From positions 11,563 to 75,562 of IMG/VR virus record IMGVR_UViG_3300025087_000053: DNA of 64,000 nt. One strand, written 5' to 3'. The stretch comes from a virus. Shown here one piece after another: positions 17,045-26,752 of this stretch (positions are counted from its first letter, which is position 1; every line of letters starts with the position of its first letter). Under the pieces are notes generated by a model. The model saw only the letters and a list, made by a program, of their open reading frames with translations. It searched no databases and was not told where the DNA came from. Both the position numbers and the translations under genes were made by a program.

Positions 17045-17743
17045 TCACTTAGTCTTGGAAGATTTGCGAGACTTCGCTTCTTTGACGGCAGAACGAAGCT
17101 TTGAAACCACTCTGCGATAAACCTCGTTAATAACCTCTTCGGAAACCTCTCCTTCAGTAACAGGAGCGTCTTCTTCGGTCACAACTTCGGCGCCAGCAGC
17201 AGCAGGAGGTGCTTCGGCTTCTTTAATCTTGCCCTTTTGAACCATTTTGCCTTTGCCAAGCTTTTCTTGCATCACAGGAGGCTCTTCCTCTTCTTCCGCT
17301 TCGGGAGCCGGGGGCAGGCCACCTTCGCCACCTTCGGGAGCCGGGGGAGGCATCTCGCCGCCTTCGCCACCTTCCATTTCGCCACCTGCGCCACCGTCTA
17401 CTTGGACATTAACATTCGCTCCAGACTTAGCAGAAATAACGTCTGCGATGTCTTGGATTAGTTCTGCTACGGCCTCTTCGGGCAGACCAGCAAGAGCGCT
17501 GTCTTCTACAGGAGCGCCTTCCTCGGGCGGCATATCGGAGGGCATGTCACCTGCGGGAGCGGGCGGAGGAGGCTCGGCACCGGCATCAACTGGGGGCATA
17601 TCGCCACCTTCGGGCGCGCCTTCCTCGTCCTCTTCGTCCTCTTCTTTCAGACGAGCCAGAAAGCCTTCAGTCAGTTTCTCTTGACCAGCCAGACGCATGA
17701 ATCTAATAGTTTCATCTCTTTCCAAAAGTAGCTTTTTAGCCAT
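17045..17743 (-). CDS. Acidic, Pro/Gly/Glu-rich protein, possibly head/scaffold-associated
   Basis: Low-complexity composition, upstream late-promoter-like motif, LLE/LxE motifs. Confidence 0.6.
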   Translation of the reverse strand: MAKKLLLERDETIRFMRLAGQEKLTEGFLARLKEEDEEDEEGAPEGGDMPPVDAGAEPPPPAPAGDMPSDMPPEEGAPVEDSALAGLPEEAVAELIQDIADVISAKSGANVNVQVDGGAGGEMEGGEGGEMPPPAPEGGEGGLPPAPEAEEEEEPPVMQEKLGKGKMVQKGKIKEAEAPPAAAGAEVVTEEDAPVTEGEVSEEVINEVYRRVVSKLRSAVKEAKSRKSSKTK

Positions 17744-17793
17744 TTTTCAATCTCCTTGATAACAATTCTTACGCCACTCGGCGGTTTCATTAT

Positions 17794-17801
17794 TAAATAG
17801 T
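17794..17801 (-). promoter_or_regulatory. Putative late promoter motif ACTATTTA
   Basis: Same motif upstream of tail sheath (52321-52328) and neck (58056-58063) genes. Confidence 0.55.
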
Positions 17802-17802
17802 A

Positions 17803-18099
17803 TCAAAATTGACGAAACTCTTTGAAATCTCGTTTTTTTCTTAATTTTAAGTACGACCTATCCAAAATCCTAGATATTGCAGTATAATGAATTCCTAATC
17901 TTTTTGATATCTGTTGCAAAGTCATAGGCCCGTTTTCATTTATCGAAAAATAAGTACAGTTATATTCTTCTGGAAATTCTATCCACATCCTACAACTTTC
18001 AGAAGAACACGGACACTCTTCGGAATGACACTTTTGTACACATTCTGGTAAATCCCTTAAATTATTGATCTTTTTCCTCGTCTGCATCATCATTTTCAT
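17803..18099 (-). CDS. Cys-rich protein with sigma70 region-4-like HTH
   Basis: GPMTLQQISKRLGIHYTAISRILDRSYLKL. Confidence 0.7.
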   Translation of the reverse strand: MKMMMQTRKKINNLRDLPECVQKCHSEECPCSSESCRMWIEFPEEYNCTYFSINENGPMTLQQISKRLGIHYTAISRILDRSYLKLRKKRDFKEFRQF

Positions 18100-18754
18100 C
18101 CGCCTTTTCTAAGTCTTCTAAAGTCAAAGAAGCAACCTCTTCGTCCTCTTCGAAGTCTTTTAGTAATTCATCAAAATTTAAATAATCTTCTACTTTATCT
18201 TCATAAACAGTAGGAAAAGAATCGTCCACTTCGTCTTCTTGCTGTATGTTTCCAACCAAATAATTGACTACCTCTTTTCTTTTTTCCAGTTGTTCTTCTA
18301 TTTCCTTTAATTTTCTTTCGTTTGGATAAAACACGTCTGGGTGTCTGTAATTATAAATCTTACGAAAAGGGTTTTTATTTTTAGTAAGAACACCCTTTCT
18401 AATAGAAGGCAAATCAAAGAAGTTCCCTCTTCTCGTATAGCTCTGACTATATTTCTTTGTAGCGTAATCTCTTAGAAACTTAATAAACTCAATGTCTTCT
18501 TCTATAATTAAGTCCATCACCGTAAGCCAAACCCAATTATGAGACAAGTCTAATCTGTCAAGAGAAAGAAAAAACCTTACAAACTTCTGAAAGGAAACGG
18601 CTATTCCCGGAACTCTTGTATCCATATACATGAAATCGTCATGTATAAAGTTGTTAGGGTCTCTTTCTTTTTCTCTTCGAGAATAATAAGCGTTGGAACT
18701 TTCTTTTCTGCGTCTTATTACCTCATCGACAAATAATTGATATCTTTTGGGCAT
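18062..18754 (-). CDS. Hypothetical protein with acidic C-terminus
   Basis: 230-aa ORF. Confidence 0.65.
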   Translation of the reverse strand: MPKRYQLFVDEVIRRRKESSNAYYSRREKERDPNNFIHDDFMYMDTRVPGIAVSFQKFVRFFLSLDRLDLSHNWVWLTVMDLIIEEDIEFIKFLRDYATKKYSQSYTRRGNFFDLPSIRKGVLTKNKNPFRKIYNYRHPDVFYPNERKLKEIEEQLEKRKEVVNYLVGNIQQEDEVDDSFPTVYEDKVEDYLNFDELLKDFEEDEEVASLTLEDLEKADENDDADEEKDQ

Positions 18755-18756
18755 AG

Positions 18757-20838
18757 TTATAGCTTTCTAAATGCTTCATTTATCTTCTTGTTCGTAGAAA
18801 AACCCCACTTCTCATCTTTGGTAACGACGCCAACATAAGCTGAGTTTTCAACAAGAGGATAATAGTCTTTCACATTCCAGCACTTAATTTTGTTCTCTTC
18901 ACCCGTATTATCAACCACCGTAAGAACAGCATAATCTTTCTTGTTTGCTAAGGTTTGCTTAAACTCTACGCTCTTTAATACAAACCAAACATATTTGCCC
19001 ACTTCCCATTCGCTCACCGGAACGGCGCCAAGAGACTTTAAAGCTTTTACGTCTTTAGGTGAAACAATTTGGTCAACAGGATAAACTCCTGTTAACTGAG
19101 AGCGATAAATAAGTCTTTCTTTTTCCGCGAAGGAGCCTTCTGGAGAATACAATTTAATATTTTCTTCAAAGTCTTCTTGGTCTTTAGGACGAATAACCGC
19201 CACACATGACCAGAAATGCTTGTCGCCAGTAAACCTTTCGTCCATAAGACTATCTAATGCGCCGCTTCTTGTCAAGACATCTAGATACTTTTTATTTAGC
19301 TTCTTGCCCCAAATGTCTTCTTTAAAAAGCACATCTTCAATCTTATTGTAGGGACGACAATAGGAGATTTGTTCTACAGCGGTCTTGCCCATCCCCAGCA
19401 AAGAGAACAGAGGTTGAATAAGTTCTTTTTTGTTGTCTGGAGACACATCCCAATCATATAAAGAGGACTTATTTATGTCCACAGAAGCCATAGTGAACCC
19501 AATAGATTTAGCATCAGATATCGCTTTTGCTTTTGTTTTTTCTGGCTCGCTGTTGAGGAAGGCGGCAACCCATTCGCTTTGATAATAAGTAAAAAGCCAA
19601 GCACACTGATAAGAAAGGATGGAATATCCGCAACTGTGGGACAAATTAAATCCATAATTGTTGAATAATTCCAAGGACTTCCATAATTCTTCTAAAGCAT
19701 TACCTTCAATCCCCTTTTCAAGACCACCCTCGACAAACTTCTTATAAATCTTCTCTTTCTTTTCTGCGTTGTTCCCTATGAGACCCTTTTTTGTCAAGAG
19801 TTTTCTAAGAGAGTTTCCTTCCATTAGAGAAACGTCTTTCCCTATTGCAACAGCCAACTTAGCAATTTGCTCTTGATAAATAACAAAGCCATAGGTACTT
19901 TTTAAAACAGGCTCCACACAAGGATGAAGGTAGGTAACGGTTTCTGGATGCCTTTTCGCTTTTAAATACTTCTTGTCTATGTTCGAACCCAGAGGTCCCG
20001 GCCGATATATCGAAGTTACAGCAGACAAATCCTCAATAGATGTGGGTTTAACTTTCACGCAAAAGGATTGCGCGCCGTCGTTAGAAAATTGGAAAATACC
20101 TAAATTTAAATTCTTCTTCTTGTGGAAAACAGTTTCCCATACTTTCTGATCGTCGAAGTTGATTACGTCGGGGTGCAAGTTTCTATTATAAAACTCTATA
20201 ATTTCTTTTATCCCACAAGAGAGTTTTCTTTTGTGAAGAATATGTTTGATAGTATCTTCTATAATTGTTAAAGTTTGCAATCCTAAAATATCAAATTTAA
20301 TAAACCCCAAAGGTTCTAGATGCCGTACCGCTTGCCCTTCAGACCAAGGACTTTGGAAAGAACCCTTGGCGCTAATAAGAGGCATTTTTTCATGTAAGTT
20401 ATCAGACCAAACAAGTCCCGCCGCATGTTGTCCAATAGACTTCACCATGCCTTGTAAATTTTCTATGTGAGATGCTACAGAGGGATATTTTCTTAAAAAG
20501 GCTTGGAAAGAAGGACTATATGCCTTAACTTCTTCATAAGTAGGTTCGTAAACTCCGGCAACTTGCTCATGATCCTGTTTGGCTTTTGGTAAAGCCTCGT
20601 CGACCATTTTTGTTGTTACTTCATTAACTTCTTGAAAAGATACATTATAAAATTTTGATATGTCCTTAACAAGAGACTTCAAGTGAAATGTGCCATAGTT
20701 TGAAATAAGAGTTGCGCTCTTTTCTCCCCACTCTTCAATAAGAAAAGTCTTAAACTCTGCTGCACGAGAAAAATCGCAGTTGTGAACAATAACAGTCTTA
20801 TAACTCTCTTTAAAAGAGTGATGTTTAATGATTTCCAT
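18757..20838 (-). CDS. dnaE: DNA polymerase III alpha, C-terminal half, preceded by a 20-aa C-intein
   Basis: MEIIKHHSFKESYKTVIVHN|CDF; GQHAAG, KFDILGL, GIFQF, RPGP, IYQEQ, YGFNLSH, C-terminal OB fold. Confidence 0.93.
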   Translation of the reverse strand: MEIIKHHSFKESYKTVIVHNCDFSRAAEFKTFLIEEWGEKSATLISNYGTFHLKSLVKDISKFYNVSFQEVNEVTTKMVDEALPKAKQDHEQVAGVYEPTYEEVKAYSPSFQAFLRKYPSVASHIENLQGMVKSIGQHAAGLVWSDNLHEKMPLISAKGSFQSPWSEGQAVRHLEPLGFIKFDILGLQTLTIIEDTIKHILHKRKLSCGIKEIIEFYNRNLHPDVINFDDQKVWETVFHKKKNLNLGIFQFSNDGAQSFCVKVKPTSIEDLSAVTSIYRPGPLGSNIDKKYLKAKRHPETVTYLHPCVEPVLKSTYGFVIYQEQIAKLAVAIGKDVSLMEGNSLRKLLTKKGLIGNNAEKKEKIYKKFVEGGLEKGIEGNALEELWKSLELFNNYGFNLSHSCGYSILSYQCAWLFTYYQSEWVAAFLNSEPEKTKAKAISDAKSIGFTMASVDINKSSLYDWDVSPDNKKELIQPLFSLLGMGKTAVEQISYCRPYNKIEDVLFKEDIWGKKLNKKYLDVLTRSGALDSLMDERFTGDKHFWSCVAVIRPKDQEDFEENIKLYSPEGSFAEKERLIYRSQLTGVYPVDQIVSPKDVKALKSLGAVPVSEWEVGKYVWFVLKSVEFKQTLANKKDYAVLTVVDNTGEENKIKCWNVKDYYPLVENSAYVGVVTKDEKWGFSTNKKINEAFRKL

Positions 20839-21319
20839 GTTTCCTCTTGTTGTCTATCTCAAGTACAAATCTCTTTCTTTCTTCGGTAATAGTATTAAAA
20901 ACTTCTATTACATCCAATGGAACTATTTGAAAACTTTTTGTTTCTCCCAATAAAGAAATGTCGGTTAAAGCTATTCTTTCTTTTTTTTGTTTTGACATCT
21001 TTTCTATTTCCAGCACCACTACTTCCCCGCCAATAGATTTCAAAGAATCACCAATTTTTAATTCTTTTGTCTTAGTAACCCTGTCACTTGAAAGAATAAA
21101 CTTGTGCGTTTCGCCCGCAATAATAATACCCAAAATATCTTCTTCTACTTGTTGTACTACTATTGAAAATACTTTTTCTTTCGGCCGCACATTTCTACTA
21201 AAAACAGCAGAAACCACGGAGTTCTCTCCAAACTCGTTTATAACAACATCTCCTATTAGAACATCTCGAAGTTTTTTATATCCCCCAGAAACTCGTACTT
21301 CGTGCCCGCTCCAAAGACA
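20779..21319 (-). mobile_element. Split intein in dnaE (IntN 164 aa at 21319-20828; IntC 20 aa at 20838-20779)
   Basis: PDID|CLWSG block A; ETHKF block B His; TDISL...SF block F; VHN|C block G in the next ORF. Confidence 0.88.
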
Positions 21320-22705
21320 ATCTATGTCGGGACTCGAACCTTCGGATAAAAATCTTTCAAACAAAAGACCATATTTAATAGGGTCGACATGTGTTATGTT
21401 CAACACATACGCAATTAAAGAACCTCCAGCAGAGCCCCGCCCTGGTCCAGTCAGACAAAAATTCCTGCTTTTGTCTATTATCTTTTTCATTGCCAGAAAA
21501 TATTTACAATATCCTCGGTCTTTTACAACCCTAAGCTCATGTTTCAGTCTGTCTACATATTCTTTCTTTTCATACAGCCCCTTGGCCTTTAGACCAGCCA
21601 CTGCCCTCCTTGCTAAAGCCCCTTCTTCAGTTTGGCCAGTGGGGACAACAGAGGAAGGTAGTTTATAGCTTCTGTCCATATCGACATTCTCTATCCTGTT
21701 CATAGCAATGTCATATGTGTTATCGAGACTCTTTTCTATCGTGTCATCTTCATAAAAAGAATTATGTTTAAGAGAATATTTTTTATAATCTCTCCACATT
21801 TCTTCTGCAGATTTTGGATACAACTCATAACCGATTTCTTCTACGGTTTCTGGTAGCTTTGCCTGCTCGCTGTCTTTAGAGTTTAACCAACCCAACTTCT
21901 TGTAAAGAAATCTATCTTTCCACAACTCGGGCCTTGGGTAGTGTGCGTCAGCAGTAGAAACCAGCTTAAACCCCATCTCAACTGAAAGCTGTATTATTAG
22001 TTGGTTTAAATCATGCTGTTCAACAAAGTCATTCCACTGTAATTCTCCGTACCATCTATCTTCAAAGATATCCAACATAGCTTGCGTTGTCTTGCGCATC
22101 TCTAAAAGAATATAGTCTGTTCCCTTTTCGTAATTATCAAAAAAGTTAGAAGAATAAACTCCGCCCACACAAGCACTTGTTGCAATAATGCCTTTGTTAT
22201 ATGAACGAAGCATATCGTAATCTATTCTGGGGTATCTATAGAAGTTTTCTCTCTTGTAGGAGTTGTAGACGAGTTGAAATAGATTTTTAAGCCCGTCTTG
22301 ATTTTGAGCCAAAAGAAGTATATGGCTTCTTTTATTAATTTCTGTCTTCTTTGTCCTTGAAAACCTCTTTAGATCGTCTTCAATAACCGTTGCGTTTATC
22401 TCTTCTTCTTTCTTCTTTTTTAATTCTTTGTTCTCTTTGGCCGTTTCGTATGCCGTTCTCCACTTCTTAAAAGAAGGAATAATATACGCCTCAATTCCAT
22501 ATATTGGTTTTACTATCTTCCCCTCTTTTTTCATTTCTTCTGCGGCAAATAGTTGGTAGGCCATGGAGTTCATGTTACCATGGTTCGTGATGGCGAGGGC
22601 TTCACCCCCCGTCTCGTGGACTCTTTCCATAAATTGTTTGGGATAACCGAATCCGTCAAACACCGAGAACGTATCGTGGCAATGAAGATTTACAAATTTT
22701 ACCAT
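20825..22705 (-). CDS. dnaE: DNA polymerase III alpha, N-terminal half (PHP + palm start) fused to N-intein
   Basis: FVNLHCH, AITNHG, TADAHY, GPGRGSAGGSL, LLFERFL, PDID. Confidence 0.93.
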   Translation of the reverse strand: MVKFVNLHCHDTFSVFDGFGYPKQFMERVHETGGEALAITNHGNMNSMAYQLFAAEEMKKEGKIVKPIYGIEAYIIPSFKKWRTAYETAKENKELKKKKEEEINATVIEDDLKRFSRTKKTEINKRSHILLLAQNQDGLKNLFQLVYNSYKRENFYRYPRIDYDMLRSYNKGIIATSACVGGVYSSNFFDNYEKGTDYILLEMRKTTQAMLDIFEDRWYGELQWNDFVEQHDLNQLIIQLSVEMGFKLVSTADAHYPRPELWKDRFLYKKLGWLNSKDSEQAKLPETVEEIGYELYPKSAEEMWRDYKKYSLKHNSFYEDDTIEKSLDNTYDIAMNRIENVDMDRSYKLPSSVVPTGQTEEGALARRAVAGLKAKGLYEKKEYVDRLKHELRVVKDRGYCKYFLAMKKIIDKSRNFCLTGPGRGSAGGSLIAYVLNITHVDPIKYGLLFERFLSEGSSPDIDCLWSGHEVRVSGGYKKLRDVLIGDVVINEFGENSVVSAVFSRNVRPKEKVFSIVVQQVEEDILGIIIAGETHKFILSSDRVTKTKELKIGDSLKSIGGEVVVLEIEKMSKQKKERIALTDISLLGETKSFQIVPLDVIEVFNTITEERKRFVLEIDNKRKHGNH

Positions 22706-22707
22706 GT

Positions 22708-23733
22708 TTATTTTTTACCTAAAAACTCCATCGCCTGAAGGGTTTGACGAGGAATGAATTCTTTTTTAGAAAGGAACTCTTCTCGCTCGGGGAACTCTTT
22801 TGTTTCTAGCAAGAAGCTTCTATATCCTTCCCACAGAGTAATATCATAGGACCAAGTGGGAGTCAAGAAAATATCATCTTCCTGTCGCGCAATATTCTCA
22901 AATACCTCTTTAAACTGTATCTTCTTATAGAAGTTTTCTTTAAGGGCTTTTTCAAGAGACTCGTACTCTTTTTTTTTCTTATTGACAGAAGAGTAATATG
23001 CCTTAACAAACTCAACAAACCTGTTGTATCTTATTATAAAAGGGCACAACTCTCCGTCTAAAATTGTTTTCCCATCTCTCTCAAAGAAGATATTACCACC
23101 TTCCCAGCTCATAGCTGTTTTTCTTACTTCGTTCAAAAAGTCTAAATCGGTTGCAGAATAAGGAAACATTACAAGATATTTATCCGGCAAAGCATATGCT
23201 GATATTGTTTCAAACATCTTTGTTGTCAATATCATCGCTTTTAAAGTAGACCACAACAGAGTATTAACTCCTTCCTCTTCGAAGTCGGAGATAATATAAA
23301 AAATAGGGATTCTCTTCCTTAAAGAATTTAAGTTTGGGAACGCATGTCCTTTGCCTTCTTCTAAAAGGTTCTTGTGATAAAGATACTTGCGAGCAAAAGC
23401 AGGAGAGTACATCCAATTCCCAAGTCTATTTCGTATGGGAATATATTGTTTATTGTTTACTACAACATAAATTGAAGTTGCACCCAAAAGAGCCGCCTCA
23501 TATGCTGTCCTCTCAAAAGCTAAAAGACCTTTACCGACGGGGATATACAAATCATTCCAATAAAAAGAAGTATTTCGAAAGTCACCGCTAATCGGAATTA
23601 TCGCGGTCGACGTAAAGCCCACCGGCCTCGTCACATCCCGATCCTTCTCCCTCAGATCCCGAATGGTCAGAATCTTTTTTATCTTTCCAGACATCATCTC
23701 TTTCGTATTCTTCGAAGTAAAGGTCGTTTCCAC
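22708..23733 (-). CDS. Hypothetical protein, weak sugar-phosphate nucleotidyltransferase-like N-terminus
   Basis: AIIPISG...YIPVG...EAALLGATSIYVV pattern. Confidence 0.45.
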   Translation of the reverse strand: METTFTSKNTKEMMSGKIKKILTIRDLREKDRDVTRPVGFTSTAIIPISGDFRNTSFYWNDLYIPVGKGLLAFERTAYEAALLGATSIYVVVNNKQYIPIRNRLGNWMYSPAFARKYLYHKNLLEEGKGHAFPNLNSLRKRIPIFYIISDFEEEGVNTLLWSTLKAMILTTKMFETISAYALPDKYLVMFPYSATDLDFLNEVRKTAMSWEGGNIFFERDGKTILDGELCPFIIRYNRFVEFVKAYYSSVNKKKKEYESLEKALKENFYKKIQFKEVFENIARQEDDIFLTPTWSYDITLWEGYRSFLLETKEFPEREEFLSKKEFIPRQTLQAMEFLGKK

Positions 23734-24709
23734 TTTCTGCCTTTCCTTTCCACATCTTCATCGCATCCCACAAATAAGAAGAAGCTGCATTTGTAATTGG
23801 AGTATTTTGTAAATATTTAAGCCAAGGAGGATAATAATCTTCCTCTTTCAAAAAGAATTGTATTCTCTTCTCTGGATCGTAATAAACGTTGGGGTCTTCT
23901 ATGTATTCTTCTCTTCTAACCATATCCAAATAAATCGGATAATAAGAGACTTCGGGCTGTTTCTCTTTTGATCTCCACATCCGCTTTCTCCCAACTAACC
24001 CAAGAGTGTTTTTAATAAAAAAGCTAAGATATTCCAACACTTCTCCTTGGGAATATCTTCGCAATTCTTCTCCCTGTATGTCTTTAAGCTTAAGACGAGA
24101 CACAGAAATAATATTTGTGTAAGGCTTGCTAAACGCCTGAGAAAGCTTCTTAAGAACAGGAGTCTTGCCAAGACCAACTAAAGGAAAATGTATAATTGAA
24201 CAAAGTTTCTCTTCTCTTTTAAAAAATCTCTGCTGTCCAAAATGGCACTTCCAGTCTCCCTGTATGTCTATCATATTAGCCCAGTCAAAATAATAAACAT
24301 TAACGTCTTCTGGATTTCTTTCTCCTGTTTTGTATTTCGATAATCCTTCCACGTTATGTGTGTCATAAACAAGCAACTTCTTGTATTGATAAGAATATTC
24401 TCGCCCGCCATATATTATATGGACAAGCCGTTTCTCTCCATCCACAACGATTTTATCTGCTGCGCTATCGTTCAGCATAGCTCCGTTAAACAGAGAAGTA
24501 TAAAAAACATTCTCTCTAAACCACTTAAGTCTACTGACTTCCCACGGAAGAGGATCTATTTTTCTTGTATACGCAATCCCAGGTCTTTTCAACGCAAGGG
24601 AAGCACACAGCATAGAAGGAAAATTGCAGCCTATTACAATAGTTGCAAACGTTCTGTAGGCTTTAGCGCGAGGAAGTCTTCTGGGCCTTGAGTAGAAAAA
24701 GAACTTCAT
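23588..24709 (-). CDS. Hypothetical protein
   Basis: 373-aa ORF. Confidence 0.7.
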   Translation of the reverse strand: MKFFFYSRPRRLPRAKAYRTFATIVIGCNFPSMLCASLALKRPGIAYTRKIDPLPWEVSRLKWFRENVFYTSLFNGAMLNDSAADKIVVDGEKRLVHIIYGGREYSYQYKKLLVYDTHNVEGLSKYKTGERNPEDVNVYYFDWANMIDIQGDWKCHFGQQRFFKREEKLCSIIHFPLVGLGKTPVLKKLSQAFSKPYTNIISVSRLKLKDIQGEELRRYSQGEVLEYLSFFIKNTLGLVGRKRMWRSKEKQPEVSYYPIYLDMVRREEYIEDPNVYYDPEKRIQFFLKEEDYYPPWLKYLQNTPITNAASSYLWDAMKMWKGKAESGNDLYFEEYERDDVWKDKKDSDHSGSEGEGSGCDEAGGLYVDRDNSD

Positions 24710-24717
24710 CGATCATT

Positions 24718-24990
24718 TCAAAGCTCGATGTAAGCAACGACGTTGTGTTCTCGAATAAGAAAGAACTCTCTATCTAGGATCTTTACAGACTGAAGGAGGT
24801 TCTCAACCACAAGATAGGTGGCTTTTGGTCCCGTGTCTGCTCTAACCACAACGAAGTCTTGAGCCTTGTCTTTAGCTTTATCCACAGGCAAGAGAAGATT
24901 AATTTCTTTGTCTTTGGACAAACCCTCTGATAGTTCTTCAAGGTCGACCTTTTCTACGACCATCCACTTATTTGTTGGCTTCAGGTGCAT
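24718..24990 (-). CDS. GroES-like co-chaperonin
   Basis: LKPTNKWMVVEK...FFLIREHNVVAYIE resembles GroES termini; size fits; groEL is in the window. Confidence 0.65.
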   Translation of the reverse strand: MHLKPTNKWMVVEKVDLEELSEGLSKDKEINLLLPVDKAKDKAQDFVVVRADTGPKATYLVVENLLQSVKILDREFFLIREHNVVAYIEL

Positions 24991-24991
24991 C

Positions 24992-25255
24992 TCAGTCTCC
25001 CAACATCTTGACAATCTTCTTCTGCATCTCGCTTAGATCTTGAAAATTAGTCCCGTTCTTACGGAGACGATAGACAATCATAATGTCTTTAATTTGTTCC
25101 TTTGTAAGCCAGTTGTTATCTACGTAGCCTTTCCGAAGTTCCTTTCGTTGCTCCTTGTACGGCTCAATAGTAGCATCAATCGTAGCAATAGACTTTAGAT
25201 AATCTGCAATTCTTTCCTCTGTGCTCTTGGGTTTCTCGTCAACGTTTTCTGTCAT
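24992..25255 (-). CDS. Small coiled-coil DNA-binding-like protein (DsbA/GapR-like)
   Basis: Helical ERIADYLKSI...KEQRKELRK...YRLRK pattern; AGGAG RBS. Confidence 0.45.
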   Translation of the reverse strand: MTENVDEKPKSTEERIADYLKSIATIDATIEPYKEQRKELRKGYVDNNWLTKEQIKDIMIVYRLRKNGTNFQDLSEMQKKIVKMLGD

Positions 25256-25435
25256 TTCTTTCTCCTTAGGTGATATCTTCTATTCTAGATCACCGTTTGT
25301 TAAGACAATGCAACTACAACAAAATATCTATTTCCTAGTCTTTAACCTTCCGGACAATTAAACCTAGGTCTAAAACAACTCCATTTTTAGAAACTATGAT
25401 ATCAAATATCATTTTTCACAGAGTACCACAAAAGT

Positions 25436-26149
25436 TTATACTTCATCTTTCTCGTACTTTCTGTCTAACTCTTTTATAAAAGAGCTTAGCCCAGGTATTA
25501 TTTCTTTTACAAAAGAAACAAATTCTTCTATGCTTAAACTTCCTTTTAAAGAATTAATTGCGAAACAACACAAAACAATGTTTTCTTTTGTATATCCTTT
25601 TGTTGGGTCTATTCTGTCTATGCTTACACTATCGTGTTGAAATATACCAGAATTACGACTAATGCTTTTACCTGTGTAAAAGCATTTTCCTTTTTGTTTT
25701 AGGAATAAATCGTAAATATCATCTTTTTCTAAAGTACAAATAATGTTTTTCCTCCTGCACGAGAAAGATATTGAAGATATCCTTTGTCTAAAGTAAGCTT
25801 TTAAATCGCTTTTCATCTTAAAAGACTTCTTTTTATACCCTGCTTGAACACAACTGTAATTTGCAAAGCACTCTTTACAAACCTTCTGGTACCCTGTTAA
25901 GGTATGTCTGTTTTTCGAGAAATCTAATAATGGTAGAAATTTCTTACACTTATAACACCATTTTTCCCCATTTTGTATAGAAGGGCAAAGGTGCCTTCTT
26001 TGCGAAAATTTATATTCCTTTATCGCTTCAATCCCACATCTTCGACACTTTAACCAAACAGGTTTGTGAGAGCCTTTTTTTAAGTCACCAGTAGAATAGC
26101 CGAATTCTTCTTTGGTCTTTTCTTCTAAAATTTCATACTCTCCATACAT
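25436..26149 (-). CDS. Free-standing HNH-type homing endonuclease
   Basis: Zn-finger N-terminus; QKGKCFYTG...SIDRIDPTKGYTKENIVLCCFAINSLKG. Confidence 0.8.
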   Translation of the reverse strand: MYGEYEILEEKTKEEFGYSTGDLKKGSHKPVWLKCRRCGIEAIKEYKFSQRRHLCPSIQNGEKWCYKCKKFLPLLDFSKNRHTLTGYQKVCKECFANYSCVQAGYKKKSFKMKSDLKAYFRQRISSISFSCRRKNIICTLEKDDIYDLFLKQKGKCFYTGKSISRNSGIFQHDSVSIDRIDPTKGYTKENIVLCCFAINSLKGSLSIEEFVSFVKEIIPGLSSFIKELDRKYEKDEV

Positions 26150-26153
26150 CTTG

Positions 26154-26180
26154 TTTCCCTCCTATATAAATAGGAGGAAA
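26154..26180 (-). promoter_or_regulatory. RBS-sequestering hairpin overlapping a late-promoter-like motif
   Basis: mRNA CCUCCUAU-UUAU-AUAGGAGG stem hides AGGAGG; contains CCTATTTA. Confidence 0.7.
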
Positions 26181-26192
26181 TTTTGGTTTTAT

Positions 26193-26636
26193 CTAGTCTG
26201 ACGACCCGAATCCGCCCGTGCCTCTGCTGGTGTTTGTATTAACCTCTCCAACAGTAAGATCACAATATACCACAGAACCAAACACCATTTGCGCAATTCT
26301 TGAGTAGGGAAACACAGTGTAAGGCTCTTTACTATAATTATAAAGGATTACGGCAATTGGGCCACGGTACTCGTTATCAATACTGCCGGGAGAGTTTGCA
26401 ACAGTAACTCCATTTTTAAGAGCCAACCCCGACCTTGGACGAATTTGCGCATCAACGCCTATAGGCATTTGCATTTTAAATCCACAAGGAACCAACGCCC
26501 ACTGTCCCGGCTCAAGCACCAAAGGCTCTTTAAGAAAAGCCTTAAGGTCATAACCCGAATCTGTAGGATTTGCTTTCGTCGGCATACACTCCGGGTCGTC
26601 AAGCTGGATAATAAACTTCGAAAAAGTGTGTGTCAT
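26193..26636 (-). CDS. dut: dUTPase
   Basis: SGYDL, QIRPRSGLA, NSPGSIDNEYRG, RIAQ, RGTGGFGS. Confidence 0.97.
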   Translation of the reverse strand: MTHTFSKFIIQLDDPECMPTKANPTDSGYDLKAFLKEPLVLEPGQWALVPCGFKMQMPIGVDAQIRPRSGLALKNGVTVANSPGSIDNEYRGPIAVILYNYSKEPYTVFPYSRIAQMVFGSVVYCDLTVGEVNTNTSRGTGGFGSSD

Positions 26637-26660
26637 TTCTTTTTACCTTTCTGCTTTCTA

Positions 26661-26746
26661 CGGAAGGTAGAGGACTCGAACCTCTGCAACCTTTCGGTTG
26701 GCCGCCGCTTTCCAAGCGGGCACGATAGCCGCTCCGTCAACCTTCC
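26661..26746 (-). tRNA. tRNA-Ser (GGA)
   Basis: GGAAGGT/ACCTTCC acceptor, TTGGAAA anticodon loop, long variable arm CAACC-GAAA-GGTTG, AGAGG-TTCGAGT-CCTCT T arm; no encoded CCA. Confidence 0.92.
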
Positions 26747-26752
26747 ACAAGC

